A stretch of 64,000 bases of DNA from Neolecta irregularis DAH-3. Taxonomy: Eukaryota. The position numbers and the translations under genes were made by a program. The stretch's first letter is position 1, and each line of letters opens with the position of its first letter. The stretch spans positions 1-64,000 of the forward strand of contig LXFE01002636.1 of assembly GCA_001929475.1 (NCBI GenBank), in the 5' to 3' direction. A model generated the notes under the pieces. It was not told the origin of the DNA. It did not search any database and was given only the letters and a program-made list of their open reading frames with translations. This document shows, piece by piece, positions 23,973 through 36,831 of this stretch.

Positions 23973-25558
23973 CTACGAAGTAAATTTTGACCGAGCCCGG
24001 ATCGCAGGCCCATACTGTTCCTGTGAGTTGACTCCGCACGCGTTGTGCATACCTTGACAAAGAGATGAGGCATCGGTGCGAGAAACACTGCAAACGCTCC
24101 GAGAATAGATCCAGCATGCTGCACTCCGAGATTTTCAAACACTTTTTCATCAATCTTCAGTTCTTACAAGTGACATACTCTGTTTTGTAAACAACGGGAA
24201 CCCGGCACCTGCAAGACTCCGCAGCACAGTATTGGCCGCCATAACAGATGCGGCATATGCGAGATAGACATCAGTTAGATAATTCAGGAATCCAATAAAT
24301 AGAGTCAAAATCGCGAATCCGAGAGGAACTCCTGCAAGAGTCGGTACAATCCAATGCACATTCGAAGTTCCGGTCCAAGCGAACCAGAATAGTCCAGCTA
24401 CAAGTGCCGGCCCACCCATTATCGTAATTAAGAGTCGGTCTTCCGGGGTTTTTAAATCCCTCTTAGCATCCCAAACTTGAACAAGTGCTGCTATTGCACA
24501 GCCGAGGGCAAGTCCAATGAACGGAAGACCGCCTACTCCATGACCAAATCTGTGATTCTCCTGGAATACGATAGGGTAGGCTCCAAAAAGCAGATAGAGA
24601 AGTCCGTAGACAAAGGCTACGTATACTGAAGTCAGGAATACGATTTCTTCTCCAAACAGCATTCGAAACGGCCGTGAAAAAGAGATTCGAAGGACTCCTG
24701 CTAATGAACGGCCATCTCGTTCCATAGGCGCATAGTAAGAATGATCTCCCGTTTCCTTACGCATCTGTTCGGCTTTCTTGACGAGAAGGATAGGCCGGTA
24801 GGTTTCAGGGAGAGTGAAAACCATGACGATAAACAAAACACCTGCAAATATCGTGATGATGTGAAACATCCATCTCCAGCCAACCCGAAATCAGATTTTC
24901 AAATGGCGGAGATGTATACCAATTGAATTCACGATAAACCCACCAATAATGGGCGCAAAACAGGGACCCTGCATCGTGCACAAACTAAATAGGGCAATAG
25001 CTTCACCCCTTCGACGGGCATCCCAGATATCTGTAATGGTACCGGGACATAGTACCAGTACAGCAGCTGCACACACGCCTGCAAAGAACCGAAAGATAAT
25101 AAGCGATGCAACACTTTGAGATAACCCACATCCCAGACTGAAACAAATGTACGGAAGGTAAGATATAATATATATCGGCCGTCGTCCAAACATTTCACTC
25201 AAAGGCGCCCTAAATGTATTAGCTGTCGTAGGTAGTTAGCAGAGACATACCAGAGAAACGGCCCGAGGACATATCCAAAGATATACAACGAGGTGGATAA
25301 AAGTGCGACTTCGGAAGATATATCAAACCGTCTGATGATTCCCGATAATATCCCACTCGTTGCTGAACTTGCCAATGTTGCATTGAGAACCAACATGGAA
25401 GCGAGAAACGTAAAATACCATTTTCGAATACGCGAAAACTGGGTGGCATCAAGTGGATCGCCAACATCAAAAGAGACTTCCTTACAACCATGATTTTTCT
25501 CAGTATCTCGATCAGACAATGAGCGTGACTGGGAAAAATGGTCTGGCACAGTTGACAT
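23973..25558 (-). CDS. MFS drug:H+ antiporter (DHA1 family)
   Basis: PLSEMFGRRPIY, LIIFRFFAG, PETYRPILL, RPFRMLFGE, PEDRL, NYLTDVY..YAASVMAANT. Confidence 0.93.
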
Positions 25559-26673
25559 CGGATATAACCAAACGAGAGTTTGTACTGAATGACCGTGTCA
25601 TATAAAACCAGCCACAGCGGTATTTATATTAAGGTCCGGAGGCCTTTGTTCCGAGATCTCCGGGTTGTTTTAACTCCGGATAGAGATGCCGAGGTTGAAG
25701 GCTTAGGCTGAATTATCCACACCCGCGATCTGGCTTATTGTCCACTTTTATTGGAGGCGTCTAAAACAGGGTTTATCACAATGAGTCAGCGATGAACCAC
25801 CTGCTTGCTTGATCTTGCGCCACGAATTCCTTTAATCATCCCGGTGTTGGGATGTCGGGCATATATGTCACAGCGGCCGATGTTAACTGTTCTCCTAAGT
25901 CCGATTGCTTTAGCGCAAGTCTAATCAAGCGAAAATATCATGACAGTTTGTTGTACGAGTCCCATTTTTCACAACCTTTGTAAGAAATTAATTACCTTTA
26001 CCCCGGAACCTCGCTCTTTCCACAATCTCAATCTTCTTTCTCCCTCAACAAACAGCTGGCTCTGGCAGTCATCGGCTATTCACAACCTCCTTTCCGCAGT
26101 TTAACGTTCTTACCCAATAAATCACAACAACCCAAATATTTACCTCAACAAACACCTGTCCACCGCTGAAGTCAAGGATATGGCCTAATCCCAGTTAGAT
26201 CGTCATCAAGAATATGACAAGCGTTAGGCCTCAAGGTCACCTTTTTCTACTTTCTACTTTATATAGTTTCTCTCTAATACTTGTTTTTTTCTATAGGTAG
26301 CTCACGTTTCTCTGCAGGAAAAAGGGAAATGGAAGGTTATCTTTTTTCTCTAAGAAAGGGCTGGGAGCCAGTCTTTTGCAGTAGCGAAAATACAACCCTT
26401 TTAATTCTCTTTTTACCTCATCCTTGCCTATCGCTCAACTTTCGACACACCTTCACTCTCCCTCTCTCCTCAAACTATCTCAAAATCACAAAGCCAAAGT
26501 TATCCAAATTTCCCTCGAACCTCCCCGACTTGCAGCCTGCGTGTCACAAGTTGGAATCGCACTGGCAGATTCAAATTTTGATTCCTGAAAAGACAGTAAG
26601 TCGGAGCAAATCAGTCGATCGTCATAAACAAGTCACTCAGTGGTATCCGAAAATAGTTATATAGTAGGATTAC

Positions 26674-26857
26674 TGTAAGTCGTGAAGCGTAGTGTACAAA
26701 TAAGATCGGTTCGTTAACCTAAGTAGTGGGCCTTAGAAGCTTAGGTTGAGATACGGGAGCTAGGCCTTTATATACCCTATCTATGCCTTTATGTCTTACT
26801 ACACCTATTGCTGCATCCGTAAGATATATCCGGTAATACCCCAGATATATCGTTACA
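26674..26857 (-). mobile_element. Solo LTR (184 bp) with 5-bp target-site duplication ATTAC
   Basis: TGTAA...TTACA termini flanked by ATTAC at 26669-26673 and 26858-26862. Internal TATATAAAG on the minus strand. A related copy lies at 4105-4253. Confidence 0.85.
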
Positions 26858-27420
26858 ATTACAAGAATTTGATCGATGTATTTTCAAGACGGCCGACATG
26901 TGACCATTCATCATTGACTGAAAAAGTATCCACAGTGATCCAAACATTGAGTTACCGTACCTCACATATTAAGAACACCATTTTACAATATATCGCGGAT
27001 TGCAATGCATCAACATAGAAGAAGCAATACGTAGAGAACATGAGAAAAAAACCTCGCATTCGACCTGGAAACAACCAAAAACTATCTGCAATTGTTTCAT
27101 TCCCCCGACTTTCAAGCCCAGTCATTCCGTCAGCATGTATATTTATGGCTGTCGATTGCAATAATTAAGTGTTACCAACTCTGTTGCCTTACGACATTCT
27201 TCATGTAACCAACTCTATATTATTCCATGAAATATGGATGTGTTCAATCATTCCCCCTGTTAAGACTCTTGGAAACAGCCCTGGGAGTTACGAAAGACCG
27301 TAGATATCCGAGAATACCCTGCGGTCATAAGTGAACATAGAGTTCTATTCCGCGAACACCGCTCCAAATCTCACACCAGTTTCCGTAAATCCGATGACCG
27401 CAGACCTCTCTCATGGAAGT

Positions 27421-27429
27421 TATATAAAG
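27421..27429 (+). promoter_or_regulatory. Candidate TATA box of the FAD oxidoreductase gene
   Basis: TATATAAAG about 49 nt upstream of the ATG at 27470. Confidence 0.45.
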
Positions 27430-27469
27430 GGGTCCTTCTCCTAATTATTTCTTGCAAACCTACTGCATT

Positions 27470-29109
27470 ATGATTTCTGCCGCATCAAAAGTTGAGAAAG
27501 TCTGCCAAGTTCTCGAAACCATTTTCCCGAGTCAATTGCATCGACCAGGCTCCAAGCCATACGAAGCCGAGATTCTCCGATATTGGTCAGTTCGAAATAC
27601 CGAACAAAGGCCTGCATGTATGTTTATGCCAAACACTGCTACGGATGTTGCTTTCGTTGTAAAGCTCATTGCAGGATACGATGTTCCGTTTGCAATCAAA
27701 AGCGGTGGCCATAATGCGAATATCGGATTCGCCTCAATCAAAGATGGGATCTTGATCGCTCTGGTTAAGATGGATAAGGTCACTTATAACGGAGACAAGA
27801 CAGCCTGGGTTGGTCCTGGTGGTCGCTGGGATCGAGTCTGTGAAGTACGACAACAATCCTGCAATCTACAATATCTGACCATCTTAGCAACTTGGAGGTT
27901 CCAAGTTTCATCTATCCTGCAGATCTAAGCTTTAGAATTTGGCCAAACTGCACTGGGGACAAGAACGGGAGACGTCGGTGTGAGTGGATATCTCCTTGGG
28001 GGTAAAACAAGATCATTTCTTATATGCTTACTTATCAATATCAAGGCGGACTGAGTTTCTTAAGTGGTCAATATGGCCTTGGAGCAGACCAGATCATTGA
28101 AGCTGAGGTACTCTGCTATCCCGTGATATGATCTGATTGAAAGGTTGTTCTCGCGGATGGAAGAATCGTCTTCGCTACCCAGTATGAGAATCCAGACCTT
28201 TTCTTCGCCATGAAAGGGGGAGGAAATCGTCTTGGAATATTTACAAATTTTAAAATCAAGACACATCCTATCGGCTTGGTAAAATCACCACATCGAAAGC
28301 TTTGACTTTCTAGGTATACGCCGGATACGTCATCTGGGATGGGAAATACTCTTCCCAAGTACTTTCTTACTATCATAAATTCGTGACCGAGGTCAAAGAT
28401 CCAAAAGCGAATGCGGTACCGTTTCTAACCAAATCCAAAACTCTCGACCAGTTTCTCATGTTTCTATTCTATGACGGAACAGATCCGGGCCACGTTTTTG
28501 ATGATTTTCTGTCACTTCCATGCATGGTTTCGAATGTTAAAATTCAAAAATACTCGGATTTCGTATGTCTTCAACCCCTTTGGCTTCATGTTGAGATAAT
28601 AGCTTTATGGAAATAACAAGGTAACCCTTATTCCAGGTCTTGGCTGGGGGACCCGAGCAGCTACCTTAAGACCTGATGAAGATCTTCTTCAATTCGCCCA
28701 CAAGACTTGGCTTGAATTATCAAACTCAGTTATCGAGAAAAATGATACCATTGTCTGTCTTGCTATCCAGCCGCTTCCACCAACGACCTCGCGAGGTGCA
28801 GAAGCAAGCGGTCTTTACTCGCTGCCTCCAGACAACATCATAATTCTTGAAATTGCTGATGGCTGGCCTCGAGCTGAAGATACCGATGTAATTGTTGATC
28901 ATATGAAGAGTATCATCGACACTTTCGAAGATTATAAGAAACATAAGGGTCACCATTATGGGTATCTCCCTCTTTACGTAAATGGCGCTTGGGTCGATCA
29001 GTCGGCAGATGTTCTTCCTATGTTGAAAGGTTATGAGATTTGGAAAAAGGCTGTTGCTAAATACGACCCAACAGGATTTTGGAAGAAGACTGGTGGATGG
29101 AAAATCTAG
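27470..29109 (+). CDS. FAD-linked oxidoreductase (VAO/berberine-bridge-like, FAD_binding_4)
   Basis: RPACMFMP, FAIKSGGH (covalent-FAD His motif), VGPGGRW, GVSGYLLGGG, NPDLFFAMKGGG, KYDPTGFW. Confidence 0.92.
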
Positions 29110-30105
29110 ACAAACAAATGTTCAGATGAATTTCCTTAAAAGAAATTGTTTCTTTATTTGGGATGTCAGCTATAAAAGTGACATATTTTTGAGTATTGCC
29201 TTCTAACTGAAATCGACAGTAAACATTTTCGAATAGTAGAAAGTTTCTGCTTAACTGGCCTCCAACGTCGATCGTCTAAACTTGTCTGTGGCTATTGAAC
29301 AAAGCTAGATTATCTACTAGGATTCGTCAAGGTCAAAAGATACATCATCTACCCTCTCTCACTTGAAAAACATTATTGATCAATGTTGAAACAATTAACT
29401 ACAAGCAAATCGTGGGACCCGTATCCAAATTTCTCGTGGACATCACTATGTCTGCTCTTTTCAACCTGCGATTCTCCGGCTCTTTGAATTTACTCTGCGG
29501 TAACGCAGTAGTGTCACTTAATGTAGATTTTAATCGAAGAAGCTTTATATTCCGAGGCAGCGGAAACATGACCTTCCCATGACCATCACTTTAAGACTAC
29601 GAATCATACCCCAGTCTTATCTCGTGCCTGGGCTTAGCTTTCCAATCATTGTTGACACGACCCCGCAATTAAAGTCTCATATTTCCGTACAGGCAACCTG
29701 ATACCTGGCTTCTTCTTATCTGTTGTTTGTGCAGAGTTTATATAATGACTTTGGACGGTTCCAGGATATCAACGTCTGCCCTCGACATTTCAAGATTTCT
29801 CATTCAATTTTGAAAATGATAACGCGGATGGAGTAGAATGATATTTTGATGATGCTTTGTATTTCAGATCTGTATCGAGCAGATAACTTGACAACCTTAG
29901 AGCTCAGTTCTTCACAGGTTGAGACCAATCGGATTTTAAAGTAGAATTCCCATTGAGAAGTTTAGCCCAGTAATCTGTAACATCTCCCAATATAAAGGAG
30001 TGGTGGTGTTCTTGGGAAAAAGAATGTATTTGTAGAGAAATTCAAGTTTGTGATACCTTGAGGTGCGGTTAATCGGCTGTCTAATATACGAGAACAAGTA
30101 TTCTA

Positions 30106-30675
30106 TCAAACCAACAACACCATCGATCCTGCCAACAGCAACAACGCACTCTCCACTTTCCTTTGTGAGACACCGTTCTTATGGGTTGGTGTGGGCGATG
30201 AAGTACCCGTAGCGCTAGAACCTGAAGTTGCAGTCCCGGAACTGATCGACTGAGTACTTGAATTCGAGCTGGTTCCACTCCCAGAAGAGCTGGAGTCAAT
30301 AGGGGCAATGGATGTGGGCGTGGGCGCAACGGCAGCGGCAGCGTCTGTGTTGGACGATCCGGAAACCTTAACTTGTGTCGAATCCACGGAAAAGTAGTTG
30401 TGACTGATACATTGCTGAACGCAATCGCTGTATTTCTGAGTATCTGCAGCTGTACCGCTTCCCTGTGGACATTTCGTGACACACGTGTTTGTTGCGTTTA
30501 CTTGATCCGCGTTTGGAGCAGGGACGCCGACACAGTTCGCGATACAAACGAGATTCGTCGAGCCACATTTATCGACGCATTTAGTCAAAGCGCTTGGCGG
30601 AGAGGGAGACGGTGAAGCCTGGTCTGCGAGGACCATAGCGGGCAAAAGAATACCTAGGATGCTGGAGAGTTGCAT
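30106..30675 (-). CDS. Secreted, probably GPI-anchored Cys-domain / Ser-Thr-rich cell-wall protein
   Basis: Signal peptide MQLSSILGILLPAMVLA, an 8-Cys domain, an S/T-rich linker and a hydrophobic C-terminus ALLLLAGSMVLLV. TATAAAT upstream. Confidence 0.88.
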   Translation of the reverse strand: MQLSSILGILLPAMVLADQASPSPSPPSALTKCVDKCGSTNLVCIANCVGVPAPNADQVNATNTCVTKCPQGSGTAADTQKYSDCVQQCISHNYFSVDSTQVKVSGSSNTDAAAAVAPTPTSIAPIDSSSSGSGTSSNSSTQSISSGTATSGSSATGTSSPTPTHKNGVSQRKVESALLLLAGSMVLLV

Positions 30676-30822
30676 ATTGCAATTGAAAGATGGCGAGACC
30701 AGGGAGGGGGAGCAGGCTATTTATACATTTCCGCGGAGGCGGTATTAAATTTAGCCTGTTATAATTAGCGCTATTAAGGAAATTGCCGACCGGGGGCATC
30801 GTCTGCCTTACAATTGCACATC

Positions 30823-31600
30823 ATGAATAAATTGAGGCGGCCCTCGGTTCGACGATCACTTCTCGGATTATCGTCGTCCAGAACCTCTAAGCTCATATCG
30901 AAAACTGCAAGAAAACAAAAAAGAAGACCGCAGGATTATCCGTTTACCAGGTGCGTTGATGTCTATTTGTCCACAGTTGAAGTTTAAAGGGAGGAAGAGG
31001 AGCTATTACACAATGTTCCACAGATGGTTGTGTGCTCCTATTTAGAGAGATATCGTCCGCAGTTGGAGGACATTGAACTTAAACTTTCTGCGGAAATTGA
31101 GAAATTCAGGCTGGAATTTGAAGAGTAGGTTCGTCCCAAGAGAATGTTTAATTCGGCAGAAACAACTGGGATGAACAAGGTGCCACGGTAGAAACTGACC
31201 TTGACTGGGAAATGACGTATCTGGAGAAAGAAATTGAGACATTCGAGGTGTACCAGCGCCCGTCTTGTTTCAGGCTAATGAACTCGAACGAACACAAACG
31301 ATATGCACAATCCCATGTCGAAATATCCAAACAAGTGGGAGCTTTCCTTGTAGAATGGGACAAAGAAGATGCACAAGGCATTCCTTTTTGTGCAACCCAG
31401 TCGCTAAATGCAAAGATAGCGATAAACCCTTGTTTGAAATATTTATCAAGCAAGGTGATTCCATGTCGTCCACATTCCGCGAGAAAATGAGACAAATTGA
31501 CATAGTATGAAGTAATTCTCCATGTCTATCTAACATACTATAGAAATGCGATGAACTGGAGGAGAAGAATCGTGCAAAACTTATGAAAACATTATTCTAG
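30823..31600 (+). CDS. Hypothetical multi-exon acidic/helical protein
   Basis: Segments LEDIELKLSAEIEKFRLEFE, WEMTYLEKEIETFE, DSDKPLFEIFIKQ and [18 protein letters not shown] can be joined by short introns (e.g. 31378-31415, 31505-31543). The 5' exons are uncertain. Confidence 0.45.
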
Positions 31601-32720
31601 AGTACAAGTAATCTGCTAATATACCTGCCGTTAAAATACATCCCGTCGCAATTGATCTTTTGAAAGCCTTCCCGCAGCTTTGAGGATTATCGAGGTCGAC
31701 AGTCTTGATTATATGGGATGTATGCAAAAGTCCGCCGAGACAACTTATCGAGTAAAAGATTGGTGTATGGGCATTCATATATCCCGCTAACCCGAGTAAC
31801 GCATACTGACCAATGGTCAAAGCTGTAATGACTGGCTTTGTAGAATCCCCAAGCTTGATAGCAGCCGACTTGATACCGGCTTTTACATCATCGGCTTTAT
31901 CCTTGAATTAGAAACAAAGTAAGAGATAATACTTGATGAGCATATATTATATCATAGACTATGCCCCAGAGAGTCCCAGAGAAGTATAAGGGTGCAATCA
32001 CCCACCAGTCAATGCTGTTTAGTAAAGCGGACCAACCCATCAATGCACCCCAGTTGAACGTCAGTCCTGCACCTAAGAAAAAACATCTCTGGGGACATAC
32101 CAAAGATTATATGCGGAAAGTAGGTAACTCGTTTCATGAGTGGATAGATAATGACGGGCACCATTGAACAAAACCCGACAGCAATACTTGGCGAATCAAC
32201 TCCAGAATTGCAGACACATACGTATAAAGATTCATTTGCGTCAGAACAAGCAATCCTACACCCAACTGCAATCCCAGAAAGCCTATTCCCTGGGAAATGG
32301 ACAACTGACCACTAGCAAAAGGCCTGTCCTTGGTCCGCTCAACTTGTCTGTCTAAATCTCTGTCCCACAGATCATTTATCACGCAGCCCGCTCCCCGCAT
32401 AGCAACTGCTCCCGTTCCGAATAACGCAAACATTCCAAGAGTTGTTGAAAAAGGGATTGACGCAGCGTACGAGGCCATTGATATTGAAAACGCTACTTTT
32501 AGACTGTATTGAAGGAGCATATACCGCAGGGAAAAAAGAGGAGATATGAACCAACGGGTCTATCGACGCGGGCTAGATGATAGAATGGATGCAGCGAAGA
32601 CGGGAGAAGAGAAACAAGTATGGATTTCTGGGTTGTAGCTGTCGAAAGGATTCGAATGAAATTTCTCGAGGATAGACGGTGATTGCAGGTTAATAATCGG
32701 GGGTTGAATATTCGAATCAT
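31581..32720 (-). CDS. COQ2: 4-hydroxybenzoate polyprenyltransferase
   Basis: [61 protein letters not shown]. Confidence 0.95.
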
Positions 32721-32819
32721 ATTTGTTGATCTTTTATATTCTTCTAAAGTTGAGTGGTTTGGGAAAAGAACGACATCTTGAATCTTGGTGATCACCACTT
32801 TTGATAACGACGTTGACGG

Positions 32820-33672
32820 ATGGTATTATATTTTACAAGCTCGTGTATCCGCGAAAGTGTGCTGTAAGTACTGATATCAGTGGTATCGCCGCCTGCTCTG
32901 TTGTACATGGGAAAAGATAAATTCGAAAGTTGGTTTGCGTCCAAACGAGTTCTAACCTACTTAGATGAGGAACTGATAAAACACGGCCTGGATACAGATG
33001 TCTGGTAGAGCCATTCTTCAGACTTGGTTGATGTTAGGGTTTGAAATATCGGGAGCGGATGCTTAATAAAGTTTCATGTTGATAATCTTTCTTCGGCGCA
33101 CGTTTACTTGCGGATGACGGAGGATATGTCGTGGGAGAGTATACCAAACGAGCTACTGATGGACTGTGCCCAGCTCACAAAGGCGAATTCTATTGAAGGT
33201 ACGACAGATGAATTGGATGCAGCCGATGAGTAGGAAACAAAAAAGACAATGTGACTGTGATCTACACGCCATGGAGAAATCTCAAAAAGACGGGCGACAT
33301 GGCCACAGGACAAGTTTCGTTCCACAAACCGAAAAACGTATATTACTTGGAAAAGCAGCGCTGAAATCAAAGGTCAAGAAAGTGTATCTTGAACGCCGGG
33401 TCAACGCCATGGTCAACCGGCTAAACAAGACCCGGGAAGAAAAGTCGCCAGATTTATGGGCAGAAAAACAGTTGCATCTCCAGGCGCAGCGTCGCAAAGA
33501 AGCAGCAGCAGCACAACCAAACCCGCACACTATAATTGAGCAACGGCGGATAAAAGAAGCAGAGCAAGAACGTTTGCGTGGTTACGATGAAATACACACT
33601 GCAGAAGCAGTGCGGCATGCGAGCAACTGGGATCGGCCAGATGGGTGGAATCCAGAGGAGGATTTCATGTAA
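32820..33672 (+). CDS. JLP2: CCDC25/Jlp2 family protein (NFACT-R / DUF814)
   Basis: [58 protein letters not shown]-terminal EEDFM. Confidence 0.9.
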
Positions 33673-33686
33673 ATCAGTTGACTGGG

Positions 33687-33741
33687 TTAAATCAGTTAAA
33701 TCAGCTACATCAGTTAAATCAGTTAAATCAGACTTAATCAG
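33687..33741. repeat. Short 9-bp tandem repeat (TTAAATCAG)n
   Basis: About six imperfect copies just downstream of the CCDC25 stop codon. Confidence 0.8.
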
Positions 33742-33828
33742 ATATAAAAGGTTCTAGATGAATAGGACATTATCTACGAATTCAATATTTATTATTAGTC
33801 GAGGCATCTTTGAGAAATCACTTTTATT

Positions 33829-35911
33829 ATGCAACCACCCAACAAACCAATCCATTACCACATTTTGCTAACAATTCTCCTCCAGCGCAGATTCGTCCGA
33901 GCCTGTTTTCTGTCTCTTTGCGCCTGTTATACTGTTTCATACACCTTTGGATCCGGTCCATGTATACTTCCACCTCGGATTTTCTCTAATGAAAAGGGGT
34001 TTACACCCTTTTTCCTTGGACAAGTACCGGCTTCAGATCAATCGGCCTCTTTCTTGCAATTTTTCCTATCTTTATCGCTCTAAAAGCGAACTTGCACGGT
34101 TATTTTGACCTCGAACGCCATCTGATCCATAGTGGCCTCAACCTCTAGTACAACGATTGCTCGCACCTTCACCAAAAGACTCTTTCGATTCGGAGCGCTA
34201 AAAACTTGTTTAGCATATTTTATATCGGCAGCAATTTTTACCGGGTTCTACCTCGCAAACATCAATTCACAATTGAATCTAGGCATTTTGCAACATTCAA
34301 GGTACACCCATCCCATACCCGATTTAATAAAAGAAATTACGAGCTACCCCGCCTGAACGAGAGATTCATTTGGTTCATATTCAATGCGGGGTATCTCGCC
34401 TTTTCGTCCGCCCTTGTCCATATTGTCATGGACTGTGATCGATTAGCTATCCCAATCTTCTCGGTCCTCTGTGGAAATGAAGCCCACTGACCTTTTAGAG
34501 TGATATATTTACAAAACTCAAGACTAGCCTTCCCGGAACTTTAATGATTTCCATAATTCACACCATTGCCGCTGCAACTACTGTACCGATCGCTTATGTC
34601 ATCATTCGCAGATCATTATGGCTCACTATTTTGAAAACTACCAGATTATTTACAAAGTATATCATATCAGAACCATATATTGACTCGTAGAGTACAACGT
34701 TCAAACATGTTGCCGGTCTTTCCCCTTGGACCAGAATTGTTCCTCAGATCGTTTTGGCTTTCGTTTAGGGTGGTCACATTATGGCAGTTATCACGTCTGC
34801 TCTTTAATGTCTACCTTTCTCAAGTAAGAATTTGAAATCCAAATCTGACCAAAGGGACCCATTGTAAAAGGGAGAACTGTAAGTTCGAAATCGGCAGAAC
34901 CCAACGGGTCGTTGATTACTGGACTGCAAGTATCACAAAAAGAGCTTACCCAGGTAAGTTGGAGCGCTTTCTTCAAATACTGATATCACAGTTGATGGCA
35001 TTCGAAGAGCTCTTGTATATTGCTAATCACGACGAAACCCGCCGCGCCAGTATCTTCAAGGAAGTACATCGCTCGTCTTCGTCATCTGCCTGGAAACAAA
35101 TCTCTGAAGAATGTCTCAAAGTTACTAGCCAAATAATGGACAATCTTCGTACTCTAGGAATAATAAAACCGCCTCAATGTATTCCTCTTGAATATTTTTA
35201 TTTTCCTTACACAAGAAGCATCGAATATCCAGCCCCAGCAAACTATGCATATATCCTCACTAGGATCTCCGATACTCGTCAAAAGTGAAAACATATTCGT
35301 TACTGGAGCACAGCCGCGTCGTACTCTTGATAAACTCAAATCTACAAATCAAGGACCATCGTCACCAACCTCGCCGCTTGCAAAGATACAACTTCCTCCC
35401 GCCCAAGAGCTTACACAGAAAGCACAAGCCGCTGCATCGGACTGGATGACTGGTTTCTATGCTTCCTGGATTGGATGGCCCTTTAGAGAAACTTTGCAAT
35501 TCAAGAGTCAAATGATTATTCCAAAAATGGCATTACAAGTTGCCGCTATCTCTGGTACATATCCACCCTATTTAATCTAAATTACAAGCCTTGTCAAAGT
35601 TTATCGTTCGGTCGATCAAGGAAGATGATATGGGACTTGTCCAGCACGATATCCCCCGAATCCTTGAATCCCTCCTCGTCACTGAAACCGCTTTGAAAAG
35701 GTTTGTGAAGAGGCCACCTGTCCATCCAACAGATATCGAATCACTGACATCTCCCAAGCCAATCATATTAGAAGAAATCAGCTCAGTGTTGAAAGCCATT
35801 GATTTTGCATTCTCGGATGTTGTGGAGACGTTTGGTGTTCATTTGAGTAATTTGAAATTAGCTCCAGAGGTTATTGAAAGATGTCAAGAAATCATGGATT
35901 CTTCAATGTAA
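33829..35911 (+). CDS. NDC1: Transmembrane nucleoporin / SPB protein Ndc1 (Cut11)
   Basis: N-terminal TM segments (LQRRFVRA), PRLNER, MAFEELLYIA...RRASIF, SIKEDDMGLVQHDIPRIL. Confidence 0.85.
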
Positions 35912-35971
35912 AAAATAATAATAGGAATTTACAGTTTACTACCGAGCCGTACCACGAATAACGAACGAAAT

Positions 35972-36722
35972 CTAGAACAACTCTGAAAAAAAGCGGGATA
36001 TCCGCATTTGAGCTCCTTCAAAATCAAATGCTGGTCTCGCGTCAATATAAAAGCTAGGTGCGATTGGTCTTCGTTCGTTAGGTTTTCCAGAGTAATAATC
36101 AATGACATAATGCACTTTTTTACCACAACGATCCACGATCCAATCATGACGATCAAAAGGTGGCTCATACCTTCGAGTCTAAACAACCTGAAAAAAGAGA
36201 GATAAATATACCCTAAAAGTTTCATAAATCTTGCTTTTGGACTGAGTTTTTGTGGGTTTCCTTCAAATTTGAGCAATTTTGGGCCTCCGCATCTACTGTA
36301 TTAGTAAAACTATCCCAGAAAGAAAATTACATTGTACCGCCTCTTCCTTTTTCCCATTTCATGATTTCCATCCACGTGCGTTCATTGACGGCGTTGTGCA
36401 CAGGAACGACATATTTCATATCTTTTTCTTCTGGTTTCTGCTGTTTCCGTATCATTGAGTCGAAAAACATTTGTTCAGAGGGATATATCCAATTTTGACT
36501 TGATTGATCCGATCGCGGTATTGAACTTAGTTGTCGAGATTTTGAAAGAATGGTTTTCTGAGACGTGCGAGATTCTTGTTGAGGATGAACGGGCATTTGG
36601 TTTAATGGTGAAATTTCGACTGTTGAGGAATCTGAAGATGTTGCGGCATTGAGTAGCCATGTTTCTCTGGAACTATGATCTACTGGACATTTTGGTTGGT
36701 CAGAACTCGCCTTGCAAGACAT
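35972..36722 (-). CDS. CYT2: Holocytochrome c1 synthase (heme lyase)
   Basis: [47 protein letters not shown]2 rather than CYC3 is judged from the N-terminal pattern. Confidence 0.85.
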
Positions 36723-36831
36723 ATTTTTGGATTACAGGATTAGGAGTTTCGAAATTTTCAACAAACCGTCCGTAACTCCTCCATCGTCCTTTTTTTTCAA
36801 ATAAACACCGGTGTGGTGGTTGTATTTCCAT

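Noticed and set aside
25990-26664. 127-aa ORF and pyrimidine-rich tract
   Set aside because: TTG start and no domain. It may be decayed TE sequence but this cannot be supported.
29170-29950. Possible LRR/F-box-like pseudogene (NLTTLELS)
   Set aside because: One weak motif and many stops are not enough evidence.
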